DNA of 64,000 nt from a virus. Positions within the stretch are counted from its first letter, which is position 1; every line of letters starts with the position of its first letter. The notes below the pieces were generated by a model. That model was not told the origin of the DNA. It saw only the letters and a program-made list of their open reading frames with translations, and did no database searches. Below, in pieces: positions 21,677 through 32,183 of this stretch. The translations under genes and the position numbers were made by a program. The DNA is taken from positions 32,001 to 96,000 of the IMG/VR virus record IMGVR_UViG_3300017917_001112; one strand, written 5' to 3'.

Positions 21677-24600
21677 ATGTCAAATGCCAAAGGTTCTGAC
21701 AAAAGTAACAAGATAAGCAGTACACCTAATAAGGTTACGGCAACATCTCGTTCAGAAACCAAAGGCATTTCTTCAGAAAATCTAAGACAGACAGTACAAA
21801 AAGCAGTCGCAATGCCTGCTGCAGCTGTTCGAGCAGCAATGGCAAGCGCACGCACTGGTGCTGCAGCTGTTCGAGTTGCTTACGATGTTCTTAGTAGACT
21901 TCTTACTCTTGTTGAGTCTGGTGTTGTTATCGATGCCAAAACTTTACAATTAACAAAAGCAGCAATTGATGCTGTTGGAATTACCGATGATGTTTCTATT
22001 GTCAATCTTGGTAAATTCCATGCTCAAATCGTCACACTTAATGATGTTCTTACTCGAGTTGTTTCGTTCTATAGATCGTATAACGATACAACAATATCTC
22101 AAGATCAACCAGCCAAGACAATATCCAAAGCACCATTCGCAGATACTGCGTCTTATACTGATGCACGTGTATTCACTGTAGGTAAAAACTTTACTGAGGT
22201 TTTACAATCATCTGATAACTTCAGTAAAGTTGTTACATTCTTGCGCAGTAAACAAGACATCATTCAAACTGCTGATGCGAAAACATTTGCAATAACTAAA
22301 CCAAAAACTGATGTTGTTTCTCTTGCTGATACTTTCCCCAAACTGATTAGTAAACCAAGATCTGATACATTTGGATTAAGTGATTCTGATATAATTAACT
22401 TTGGTAAAAATGTTAGCGAAATACTTAGAGGCAATGATTCGAGAACATTAGTATTTACTAAAAGAGTTTCTGATTTCTTATTGGTTGCTGATCAGTTTCT
22501 TGGTGAGTCAGGTGTTCTTGTCGTAAGTGATTCAGAAGTTGATCTTTCTGCTATCTCAGATTCGCTTGCAAGAATTGTTTCATTTGTTCGTTTTTTCCAA
22601 GATGTTGCAAGACCACAAGAAAATCTTTCTAGAGTTGTAAACAAACCAAGAACAGACAGACTTACAGTTAATCAACAATTAACAAGAGTTGTTTCGTTTA
22701 ATCGTGTTTTTAATGACACGGACACTGCAGTTGATGTATTTTCTAGAATTGTCAATTTCGTAAGAGCATATAGTGACACACTAACAATACCAGAATTACC
22801 AGCAAAATCATTAAGCAAAGCACCATTTAGTGATACTGAAGCAACAGCAGATGATTCAACAATACAATATTCTAAACTAAAACAAAATTTAATTGCAGCT
22901 GGAGACAGTTTTAATAAAATTGTTCAGTTCTCTCGCAGCTTTAACTCTGGCGCAAATACAGTTGATACTGCTGACATTATTGCAACGATAAAACAGTTTA
23001 ATCGTGCTTTCTCAGAAGTTCCAAACATTGTAGAAAACTTTAGTAAAGTTGTTTCTTACATCAGAAGCAAGTCAGATACCTCTTATCTAGCAGACAATTT
23101 TTCTAAGGTTGTTTCTTTCGTTCGTTTATTTTCCGAAACACCATCAGCAGTAGATAATTTTAGTAGAATAGTTTCTTATTTAAGATCGTTTAGTGACACT
23201 GCTGGCGCATCCGAAACATTTTCTCGTGTTGTTTTGTATCCAAGATCGTTCGCTGATGTTTCTAGATCAGCTGATCAAATTACAGCAAGAGTGTTTAGTA
23301 AAGTTCTTGCTGATGTTATTCGTGTTAGCGATAGTATGTACTTCAGTTCTATTATTGAACCAGCTGCATTTCCACCAGCAGATACACAAAGAATTACGGA
23401 TAGTGTTAGAAAAATTGTATCATATGTTAGAAATTATGCTGACACAGCAAAAGCACAAGATGCTGACACAATTACATACAATAAAGTTGCTGGTGCAAAT
23501 GTATTCAATGTCTGGTCCGACTTTAATGAACTTCAGGGAACATTTGAACTTTGTCAATATTATCCAGATTATAGAGTTGAATACCTAAAACTAAATGAAA
23601 CATTTGCTAAGAATTATTCTAAGCGAATTGGTCCATTTACATATTATTATGATGCTACTTGGACTGATTTTAATGAACTGTCGCTTGGTGCAACTATCGA
23701 TCAAGAAATTGCGCAAGAGTTTTGGAGACAAGCGTATTCATTAGATCACGATCTCGTAACCTTTACAGAAACATTTAGAAAAACTGTTTCTTATGTTAGA
23801 AGTTACTCAGACACTGCAGCAGGTTCTGATACTGCTGGAAGATTTTTATCTAGAACAGTTGGTGATGTAAGAAGTCGAGTATTTAATGATTTTGCTGAAC
23901 TATTTTATACACAAGAAACATATACAAATATTCGTGGTTATGGAGCAGTAATTTCTGTTTCTCTTGTTTCAGGTTCATATGTTGCAACAATAACAAATGC
24001 TGGAACAGGTTATACTGCAGGAAATTTGTTTACTGTTGATTTGGGTGGTGGTAAATCTTGTTCATTTACTGTTGCTACTATAAATGGAACTGGTGGTATT
24101 TTAACTATTTCTGGATTATCGGTTAATTTTTCAACAGTTAGATCTTCAGTTCTAAGTGATTTTTTAGATTTTACATATCCTATTATTGACGATAGCGAAA
24201 GCATTAATAACTTTACCATTACGTTCTCAGAAACAGGTCCATTTGTTTCTAACATTGGTCCAACAGCGTTAAGTCGTCACAATGTTTTAGGACAAGAATT
24301 ATTATTTACACTTCGTGATAAATCTGATGGGGATAAAGTTTCTTATACAGATTCAACAGCAAGAACATTTACTAAAATTGCTGTTGATCCATATCCACAA
24401 GGTTTTTGGAATGACTATAATGAATTGACATTTGGTGGTCTGCCATATTTGGATCAAGATTTAACACAAACATTTATTAAATCTAAACCAACAAGTGTTA
24501 CTATTCTTGATGTTTGTTCAAAAGCCACACTTGGTCTGACTAAAACCAATTCTGAAATTATTAACTTACTTGAAGTAAAAACTCTTACACTTCGTAAACC

Positions 24601-27001
24601 AAGTGCTGATACTGCAGCTGCTGGTAATGAAACATTAACAAAAGTTATAAACAAAACTGCTGGAGAAATTCAAGTAAATACTTGGACAGATTTACAAGAA
24701 TTTATTTTCTCTGGAATAATGGGTATTGACTATGGAACAAAATATGATGCTATTCTTGTTCCCGATTTGGCAGCAAAAGGATTTACAAAAACATTATATT
24801 TCGATTCGTATGTTTGGAGAGATTATAATGATTTAACATTCGCAACAGCAACGGATCAATTCTCTACATTTACGTGGGGAACTAGAGAATACACAGAAAT
24901 AACTAGAGTTGCTGATGATGCTAGAAGATCTATAAGACCAAATAAATCAGAACAAATCAACCTAGCAGAAGGAATTGGTAAAGAAGTTTCTATTGATGGT
25001 GGTGATGGTCGTTTAGCATCATATTTCCGTGATTGGCTTGGTATTAATCCTATTGGAGAACACAGTATTACTGGTGAACCAATTATGGATGAAGAGTTAA
25101 CATTAACATTTGTTCCAGGTAGCAAAACAGATTTTGTTAGAACAACAGATTCTGCTCCAAAAACATTTACGAAGTCACCAATTATCAGAGTGTCGCCATA
25201 TTGGAGTGACTTTGCTGAGTTAACATTGGCAACAGCATATGACCAAGAGTTGGTTCAGTATCAACCAACAACAAGACCAGAGACTATTAAAACTGCTGAT
25301 CTATTCACTAAAATTTGGACAGCATCTAGAACATTTAATGACACAGTTACAATAACTGATTCATTGTTATTATCTAAGAATGGTGGACCGCTATTCACAT
25401 TGCTTTATGGCACCAATGACATTTCAAGAGCATCTGAATCTCTTGCTAGATACATCGGTTTGGCAGCAGGTAATGTTTCTTCATATTATAGCACTTGGCA
25501 AGATTATCCAGAACTTGAAGTATCTTTAGAATTAGCGCAATATTATTATCGTGGAACAGATTCTACAGTTGATATTGGTAAAATTACTGATCAAAAGGCA
25601 AACCTGTTTACAAAACAGGGTGGTAGAACACAAAGTATCATGGACTATTCCTTCAATGAGGAAATATTCTATGATAGAGATTTGCGTTTACAATTTGCTC
25701 AGGATTATGTAACAGAAATAATTAGACCAGTCGAAGTTATTACATTAGATTATGGAAAAAATCCAGTAGAATTTGTTCGTTTAACAGAAACAATGCCAAG
25801 GTATATAACAAAACCATATATTGGCGACACTACTGTTTCTGTTGATAGAAATATATGGAATCCTCTTTACATCGCATATGTAAGTAACTATGAGGAAGAT
25901 ATTCGTCTTGGCAATTATCCAGATTACAAAATTGATAGAGTTACATTACCAGACACTGATGTAATTAATTACACAAAAGTTGGTGGACAATCACCAGTAA
26001 ATACTTGGAATGACTATTTAGAAACAGCAAGATCTGTTTATGATTTAACATTGTTGACATATGGCTATTATGGACCATCGAACAATGCATTTCCTTATAC
26101 AATATTCAATAAGTATACTGAGGAATTTGTTTACGAAGAACTATATGAGCTGATTAGAACTCCATTTAGAACAGAGTTTTTAGATGCTGCTGATGCGTTA
26201 TTTAGAACTGTAAATTTCAACAGAGTTTATACAGAAACAACGACAGCTGTTTCCCAACCAAGCATTCAGTTTTCTCCAGCAGCAAAAGCGGAGATTATAA
26301 CTGCTGGATTTAATAGCAACAGACAATTCGGAAAAACTGCTGGTTCTAATGTATGGCAAGTTTGGAATGATTATAATGAATTGCATCCATTTAATGAACT
26401 TGCTCAAAATTATCCAGATTACAGAGTTGAGTATTTAACTTCAGTTGATGTAACTGTAAAAAAACCAACAAAAGGTTTAAGCGATGTTCCAAGAGCGACT
26501 GATTCTGTTATATTTGTTAAGGGCAAAAATCCAAGCGATTTACCAAGAGCAACTGATTTGCCACAAAAAGGATATAGCAAAATCCTTGGCGATCAATCTG
26601 ACTTCTTCTGGATTGATTCATATGAAGTATTAAGTTTTGATCCAAGATTATTGACATTTGGAGCATATACAGAGTTTAAGAGAGATAAAGCAAGAACCGC
26701 AGACTCTGACACTATACAATATGGCAAACAGGGTGGCTCATATAGAGCACACATCTGGAACGATTATATGGAACTCGAAAATTTTAACGAGTTAACACAA
26801 TATTGGCCAGATTATGTAACTGAACTGATGTTGCCAGCAGATGAAACGATATTCAGTGTAACAAAAAGAGTTTCGGATACATTCGAAGCGAACACGTCAG
26901 GTGCAGCAAGATTATATCCACCAAATGGCTACGCAACTAATACTCCAATCATCTATTTTGCGGACGATTATGAGCAAAGTATCGTAACCTCAACATTTTG
27001 A
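21677..27001 (+). CDS. 1774-aa repeat-rich putative virion fibre/scaffold protein
   Basis: Long ORF in the late module with ~18-20-aa repeats (FSRIVSYLRSFSDTAGASET type) and ~10 W-x-D-[YF]-x-E-L motifs. Confidence 0.7.
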   Translation: MSNAKGSDKSNKISSTPNKVTATSRSETKGISSENLRQTVQKAVAMPAAAVRAAMASARTGAAAVRVAYDVLSRLLTLVESGVVIDAKTLQLTKAAIDAVGITDDVSIVNLGKFHAQIVTLNDVLTRVVSFYRSYNDTTISQDQPAKTISKAPFADTASYTDARVFTVGKNFTEVLQSSDNFSKVVTFLRSKQDIIQTADAKTFAITKPKTDVVSLADTFPKLISKPRSDTFGLSDSDIINFGKNVSEILRGNDSRTLVFTKRVSDFLLVADQFLGESGVLVVSDSEVDLSAISDSLARIVSFVRFFQDVARPQENLSRVVNKPRTDRLTVNQQLTRVVSFNRVFNDTDTAVDVFSRIVNFVRAYSDTLTIPELPAKSLSKAPFSDTEATADDSTIQYSKLKQNLIAAGDSFNKIVQFSRSFNSGANTVDTADIIATIKQFNRAFSEVPNIVENFSKVVSYIRSKSDTSYLADNFSKVVSFVRLFSETPSAVDNFSRIVSYLRSFSDTAGASETFSRVVLYPRSFADVSRSADQITARVFSKVLADVIRVSDSMYFSSIIEPAAFPPADTQRITDSVRKIVSYVRNYADTAKAQDADTITYNKVAGANVFNVWSDFNELQGTFELCQYYPDYRVEYLKLNETFAKNYSKRIGPFTYYYDATWTDFNELSLGATIDQEIAQEFWRQAYSLDHDLVTFTETFRKTVSYVRSYSDTAAGSDTAGRFLSRTVGDVRSRVFNDFAELFYTQETYTNIRGYGAVISVSLVSGSYVATITNAGTGYTAGNLFTVDLGGGKSCSFTVATINGTGGILTISGLSVNFSTVRSSVLSDFLDFTYPIIDDSESINNFTITFSETGPFVSNIGPTALSRHNVLGQELLFTLRDKSDGDKVSYTDSTARTFTKIAVDPYPQGFWNDYNELTFGGLPYLDQDLTQTFIKSKPTSVTILDVCSKATLGLTKTNSEIINLLEVKTLTLRKPSADTAAAGNETLTKVINKTAGEIQVNTWTDLQEFIFSGIMGIDYGTKYDAILVPDLAAKGFTKTLYFDSYVWRDYNDLTFATATDQFSTFTWGTREYTEITRVADDARRSIRPNKSEQINLAEGIGKEVSIDGGDGRLASYFRDWLGINPIGEHSITGEPIMDEELTLTFVPGSKTDFVRTTDSAPKTFTKSPIIRVSPYWSDFAELTLATAYDQELVQYQPTTRPETIKTADLFTKIWTASRTFNDTVTITDSLLLSKNGGPLFTLLYGTNDISRASESLARYIGLAAGNVSSYYSTWQDYPELEVSLELAQYYYRGTDSTVDIGKITDQKANLFTKQGGRTQSIMDYSFNEEIFYDRDLRLQFAQDYVTEIIRPVEVITLDYGKNPVEFVRLTETMPRYITKPYIGDTTVSVDRNIWNPLYIAYVSNYEEDIRLGNYPDYKIDRVTLPDTDVINYTKVGGQSPVNTWNDYLETARSVYDLTLLTYGYYGPSNNAFPYTIFNKYTEEFVYEELYELIRTPFRTEFLDAADALFRTVNFNRVYTETTTAVSQPSIQFSPAAKAEIITAGFNSNRQFGKTAGSNVWQVWNDYNELHPFNELAQNYPDYRVEYLTSVDVTVKKPTKGLSDVPRATDSVIFVKGKNPSDLPRATDLPQKGYSKILGDQSDFFWIDSYEVLSFDPRLLTFGAYTEFKRDKARTADSDTIQYGKQGGSYRAHIWNDYMELENFNELTQYWPDYVTELMLPADETIFSVTKRVSDTFEANTSGAARLYPPNGYATNTPIIYFADDYEQSIVTSTF

Positions 27002-27005
27002 AGTT

Positions 27006-27013
27006 TATAAATA
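27006..27013 (+). promoter_or_regulatory. T4-type late promoter TATAAATA
   Basis: Exact consensus, intergenic, followed by an AAGGAG RBS and the ORF at 27062. Confidence 0.8.
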
Positions 27014-27061
27014 AAACAGTAGAAATTTGATTCCTACCATAGATCTAAGGAGAAAAAAACA

Positions 27062-27529
27062 ATGATTTACGAAGATTTAGCTGCAGTTGGACGCCTGAAA
27101 ATTCAGGTTATTAGTCCAGATGGCAAAGTTAAAGATGAGAGAGAAGTTAAGAACTTAGTTGTCGATAGTGGTAAAACATTTATCGCAGCTTCTATGCTCA
27201 AAACAACAACAAACTCACCAGCTGCTATGACACACATGGCGATTGGTACCAACGCTACTGCTGCAGCTGCAGGTGATACTGCCCTTGGTGGAGAGGTTGG
27301 AACACGTGTTACATTTTCACCAGCAGCTTCAAATGCCTCGAACGTAGTCACTTACGTTGGTACATTCCTACCAAACAATCCATCTACTTCGCAAGGTATT
27401 CAAGAAGCAGGTATTTTCAACAATAGTTCTGGTGGAACAATGTTGTGTCGTACTACTTTTGCTGTTGTTAATAAAGACCCAGCAGATACATTAGCAATTA
27501 CTTGGACAATCACAATCAACGCACCTTAA
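27062..27529 (+). CDS. Virion protein, tail-collar/fibre-attachment-like (155 aa)
   Basis: KNLVVDSG...THMAIGT...AAGDTALGGE...EAGIFN..SGGTML.R..F.VVNK...DTL.ITWTITI; strong RBS. Confidence 0.65.
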   Translation: MIYEDLAAVGRLKIQVISPDGKVKDEREVKNLVVDSGKTFIAASMLKTTTNSPAAMTHMAIGTNATAAAAGDTALGGEVGTRVTFSPAASNASNVVTYVGTFLPNNPSTSQGIQEAGIFNNSSGGTMLCRTTFAVVNKDPADTLAITWTITINAP

Positions 27530-27543
27530 TATAGGGGTTTGAT

Positions 27544-28011
27544 GTGGCTGGCAATTTAACGCTAAGAACATTAAGTAACGCAGGAGATACCACAAAAGGA
27601 TCTCCTCTTACTGCTTCTGAGATTGATCAAAATTTCATCAATCTGAGAGATGCAGCGACTGTTACATTGTTGGATGAATTAACAAACAACTTTGATGGAT
27701 CAACAAAATCATTTTCGTTGACCTATAATACAGTTCCTGTTAGTGTTAGCAGTCCACATGCGCTGTTAGTATCTCTTGGCAATTTGTTGCTGACACCATA
27801 TAGTGTTAATACATACGAAGAGTATGTATTTCAACAAGAAGTGGATGTTGTTCTTGAGGGTGACTATACTGTTTCTGGAAGTAATATTACTTTCGTAAAC
27901 GCACCCAACAGAGGACAAAAATTTTATGGAAGATTGTTGGGAACATATGTTAATAGTGTTAACACTGCAACAAGGAATATTTTCAGAGCAATCCCAATTG
28001 TGCTTTCTTAA
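27544..28011 (+). CDS. Putative fibre-associated structural protein
   Basis: GTG start with AGGGG RBS. N-terminal LTLR....KGSPLT..EID.NF.NL motif, then FDGSTKSFSL...ITF..AP domain. Confidence 0.6.
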   Translation: MAGNLTLRTLSNAGDTTKGSPLTASEIDQNFINLRDAATVTLLDELTNNFDGSTKSFSLTYNTVPVSVSSPHALLVSLGNLLLTPYSVNTYEEYVFQQEVDVVLEGDYTVSGSNITFVNAPNRGQKFYGRLLGTYVNSVNTATRNIFRAIPIVLS

Positions 28012-28058
28012 GTAAACTAAATAAAGAAAATTGGACTAATAATCAACGGAGACTAAAA

Positions 28059-31000
28059 ATGGCAAGAAATGTCCTACCTGATCAATATTATACATTTGAC
28101 CCATCAACAAGAACAATTACACTAAGACGTGCTGTCAAACGTGAATCGCTCCTGTTGATTACCAATGTAACAACAAATACAGTGATTTACAACTTCAGTG
28201 ATCCAAACCTGAAGGCAACATCTTACACGCACACTACAGGTGGTGCAGCGTTAGGATACCAAAGTGATGCGATTACAACAATCGTATTACAATACAATAC
28301 AACATCCATGTCGGCAACTGATAAATTACAAGTTATCGTTGACGAATACGAAAGTAAGTTTACTCCTGGCGAAACATTAATGGATCCAGTTGGTAAATTC
28401 CGTACTTCTCAGCCACAATCTTTAATTGATACTGACTTTGAATATGGTTTACAGCCAACTAAATGGGAACAATTATCATTAATCAATAATCGTCCATCCG
28501 CTTTCATTAACTTGGATCGTCCAAACTTTGGTCGTTCTCAAGCATCCGCTACAACTATTACTAACTTAACAGTATCAAATGGATCTCGTCTTGTTACTGT
28601 TACTGTTGGCGCTTCCACTGGTTTCGCAGTTGGTCAAATGGTATTGATCCAAGATTCTGCTTGGGCTCCAGCTAATGGTCTTTTTATGATCGAAACAGTT
28701 CCAAGTGGTACTACTTTCACTTATAAAGCAAACGAAGCATGGATAACTGGTGCTACACCATCAACCGATATTAATGATGCTAATATCCCAACAACAATTT
28801 ATGACGCACAGTTTTTTACTGGCGCAGGTTTGGGTGGTACACCAACATATGCTGCTCCATCTGGTCAGTTACAACAAGTTACTTGCACATTACCACATGG
28901 TCTTGAGATTGGTAACGAAATTGCTTTGATTAACAGCAAAACAGGTGGTGCAACAGATTCTCAATATGGTAATCACTTTGTTTACTCTATTCTATCACCA
29001 ACTGTATTCTGCTACTACACAGATACTACTGCTAACGCTGGTGCTCCAACAGGTTCTGCTAACACCATTTACATGCGTCCTCCTGGAACATCAAATCATC
29101 GTCCATTTGATGGTGGTGTAACATTCTCTACAAATACACCTTCTCACAATCAACAAATGATTCGTCAGACACGTCGTTACTTCCGTTACCAGTCTGGTAA
29201 AGGTGTTCAAGTATCGACTGGTACAGCACTAAAGTCACAGATTTCTGTTGATGCGATGACATCATCAGGCTCTACTGTAACTGTTTACACCAAGTTCCCA
29301 CACAACTTACAGCCAACAGTTAGTATTAAAGTGTTTGGCGCAACCGAATCTGCATATAACGGAACATACACTGTAACACGTGTAATTGATCGTTATCGTT
29401 TTGAATATACTGCTTCTGGTACACCATCAGCAGCAACAGCTTCTGGTAACTTCCAAATCAGTGTTGACTCATGGTATGGTGGTACAAACCGCACTGGTAT
29501 ATTTGACAGTCAGAATGGTATCTTCTTTGAACACGATGGACAAGGACTGTTTGCTGTTCGTCGCTCTTCAACATATCAAATCGGTGGTTTCGTTTCCATC
29601 AACGCTGCTGATAACACAGTTACTGGTTTAACAACAAATGGTGTAACAACTCAGTTCGCTAAACAATTACAACCAAACGATTTTATCGTATTGCGTGGTC
29701 ATACTTATCGTGTTCTAAACATCGCTTCTGACACAAGCATGACAATTTACCCAGCATATCGTGGTACTTCTAACTTGACAAAAGGTATTATTTCTAAGAC
29801 AGTCGATACCAGAGTTGCACAATCTGCTTGGAACATGGATCGTTGCGATGGTACAGGTCCAAGTGGCTTTATTTTAGATACATCTAAGATGCAAATGTAC
29901 TACATGGATTACTCATGGTACGGTGCTGGTTACATTCGTTGGGGTTTCCGTGCTGCTGATGGTAACATTATTTACTGTCACAGACAAATGAATAACAACT
30001 TGAATTCTGAAGCATATATGCGTTCTGGTAACTTACCAGCTCGCTATGAGACAAATACTATTTCTAAGTATACATTCTCTACTGCTACTTTCGGTTCTTC
30101 TGATACAACAATCAACGTAGCATCAACTACCGAATTTCCAAGTTCTGGCACATTGATGGTCCGCAACGGCACTCAAACAGAATATATTAACTACACAACC
30201 AAATCAGCTACTACATTTGGTGGTATTACTCGTGGTCAAGCAGGTGCTTCTATAAGCAGCACACATACTAGTGGTTCTAATACAGTAACTGTTTCTTCAA
30301 CAACAGGTGTTCAGGTTGGACAGTTTGTCGTACCTCCTTCTTTGGGCATTTTCCCACACGGTACATATGTTGTAAGTTTTATTGCTAATACATCGATCAC
30401 ACTAAGTCGTGCTGCTCAGTCTTCAGCAACTACTACATTGGTATACGCTCCAATGGGTCAAACTGCTCAGACATTTACATACTCAGCAACAGCACCAACA
30501 ACTGTTCAGTTGCACGCTCCGCTAGTTGGTTCACAAATTAACCACTGGGGTACTTCCGTAATGATGGATGGTCGCTTCGATGACGATAAATCATTCGTGT
30601 TCTTGCGTGGTATGACAGCACCAATTAACATTGGTATTGGCGCAACAAACGCATTGTTGGCTCTACGTATCGCACCTCACGTATCGAACGGATCAGCTGC
30701 TTCTGCAATTAGTTCTCGTGATATCGTAAACCGCATGCAAATGGTTCTACGTCAAATCGGTATTCTATCTAATGGACGTTTCCTAGTTCAGTTGTTCTTG
30801 AACTCAACCCCATCATCTGCTGGTACATGGGTATCACAAGGTGGTTCGTCATTGGCTCAGTATATCATCTACACAGCTGGTACAACAATGTCTGGTGGTG
30901 AAATTATCGGTGGTTTCTATACAAACCCAGGATCTGGTACTGGTTATACAACAACAACCAGCGATTTGAATCTTGTCCGTGATCTAGGTAACTCTATCCT

Positions 31001-31136
31001 TGGTGGTGGTGGTACTGCTGGTAACACAAACATTTATCCAGATGGTCCAGATACTATTCACGTTGTTGTAACAAATATTACTGGTACTGCACAGGATATT
31101 GCTTGTCGTGTGGCTTGGACTGAAGCACAAGCATAA
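28059..31136 (+). CDS. Putative tail fibre/virion structural protein, paralogue A (1025 aa)
   Basis: T/S/G-rich beta protein, preceded by ACTAAATA and a GGAG RBS; collinear with 32184..35861. Confidence 0.7.
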   Translation: MARNVLPDQYYTFDPSTRTITLRRAVKRESLLLITNVTTNTVIYNFSDPNLKATSYTHTTGGAALGYQSDAITTIVLQYNTTSMSATDKLQVIVDEYESKFTPGETLMDPVGKFRTSQPQSLIDTDFEYGLQPTKWEQLSLINNRPSAFINLDRPNFGRSQASATTITNLTVSNGSRLVTVTVGASTGFAVGQMVLIQDSAWAPANGLFMIETVPSGTTFTYKANEAWITGATPSTDINDANIPTTIYDAQFFTGAGLGGTPTYAAPSGQLQQVTCTLPHGLEIGNEIALINSKTGGATDSQYGNHFVYSILSPTVFCYYTDTTANAGAPTGSANTIYMRPPGTSNHRPFDGGVTFSTNTPSHNQQMIRQTRRYFRYQSGKGVQVSTGTALKSQISVDAMTSSGSTVTVYTKFPHNLQPTVSIKVFGATESAYNGTYTVTRVIDRYRFEYTASGTPSAATASGNFQISVDSWYGGTNRTGIFDSQNGIFFEHDGQGLFAVRRSSTYQIGGFVSINAADNTVTGLTTNGVTTQFAKQLQPNDFIVLRGHTYRVLNIASDTSMTIYPAYRGTSNLTKGIISKTVDTRVAQSAWNMDRCDGTGPSGFILDTSKMQMYYMDYSWYGAGYIRWGFRAADGNIIYCHRQMNNNLNSEAYMRSGNLPARYETNTISKYTFSTATFGSSDTTINVASTTEFPSSGTLMVRNGTQTEYINYTTKSATTFGGITRGQAGASISSTHTSGSNTVTVSSTTGVQVGQFVVPPSLGIFPHGTYVVSFIANTSITLSRAAQSSATTTLVYAPMGQTAQTFTYSATAPTTVQLHAPLVGSQINHWGTSVMMDGRFDDDKSFVFLRGMTAPINIGIGATNALLALRIAPHVSNGSAASAISSRDIVNRMQMVLRQIGILSNGRFLVQLFLNSTPSSAGTWVSQGGSSLAQYIIYTAGTTMSGGEIIGGFYTNPGSGTGYTTTTSDLNLVRDLGNSILGGGGTAGNTNIYPDGPDTIHVVVTNITGTAQDIACRVAWTEAQA

Positions 31137-31146
31137 TGATGTGTAA

Positions 31147-32145
31147 ATGTCAACAGAACTATCTTTACCTCAAAATGGTCTAAGAGTAGGTGATCAAATT
31201 GTTGCTGAGGGAGATAATGTCTCCCTTGGTAATAATGTTGGCGTTAGAAACGATCTCCGTGTTGGCAACACCCTTTATACGAAGCGTGTTGCCTCACCAT
31301 TTGTGACGACATATCATGACATTAATAGTCAAAATGTTGTTATAGATTGTAATTATCAAACGCACAATGTTATTCTTCGAGCAAATGCAACAGGAATTAC
31401 ATTTAACAACGTCCCACCCTCTACTGACGGATCTCTTATCATTACCGTATATTTTAATCAAGATACGGTAGGTGGTAGAGCAATCTCATGGAACACAGCA
31501 ACTAATATTCGTTGGCCAAATACTGGTTTATCTGCTGGTAATCCAATTTATCCAGCATTACAATCATTACCAAACAGAATTGATGTTTTTAAATTTGTAA
31601 CTTTTGATGGTGGAACTTCTTGGATTGGCTATCTAGACAATCCAGTAACATATTTGGATGTGCCTTCAATACAGTATTTGACTACTGCTATGAATGCACC
31701 AACTGTTGTTCAGGAGAGATTCTTTACAACAATGCCAACTTCGCATATATCAACAGCCACAACAACACCTGCTGATGCTCCTCTGACAGCTACCATAACA
31801 CCAAAGTTCGCAAATAGCAGAATAGAAGTTGTTTTCTTTTCAACCATGGCTTATGGTGCTGCTGCTTCATCTCAACTTGGCGCAATATTGTTGCGTGATA
31901 TCAATGGTGGTGGATACACCACATTAACTCCAAGAACTGGTAGCGCAAGTAGATATACATATGGTTGGTTCTATAAAGAGAGTGGATGGGACGAGGCAAC
32001 ATTAAGATATTTCGATACACCAAATACTGTTTTGCCAGTAACTTACAAACTCCAATATTTCAATCACGCAGGGTCAGGAACAAACTATCTTGTGCATCAA
32101 TATATGGAGTATGGTTGGGTTTTACGAGAGATATCGCAACCATAA
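31147..32145 (+). CDS. Putative fibre tip/receptor-binding protein (332 aa)
   Basis: QDTVGGRAISW...IRWP...IDVF.F.TFDGG.SW domain plus C-terminal TITPKFANSRIEV...DTPNT...VTYKLQ domain. Confidence 0.55.
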   Translation: MSTELSLPQNGLRVGDQIVAEGDNVSLGNNVGVRNDLRVGNTLYTKRVASPFVTTYHDINSQNVVIDCNYQTHNVILRANATGITFNNVPPSTDGSLIITVYFNQDTVGGRAISWNTATNIRWPNTGLSAGNPIYPALQSLPNRIDVFKFVTFDGGTSWIGYLDNPVTYLDVPSIQYLTTAMNAPTVVQERFFTTMPTSHISTATTTPADAPLTATITPKFANSRIEVVFFSTMAYGAAASSQLGAILLRDINGGGYTTLTPRTGSASRYTYGWFYKESGWDEATLRYFDTPNTVLPVTYKLQYFNHAGSGTNYLVHQYMEYGWVLREISQP

Positions 32146-32153
32146 TATAAATA
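32146..32153 (+). promoter_or_regulatory. T4-type late promoter TATAAATA
   Basis: Exact consensus immediately after the 32145 stop. Confidence 0.8.
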
Positions 32154-32183
32154 ACATAGAAGATTAAATACGGAGCGTCTTAA

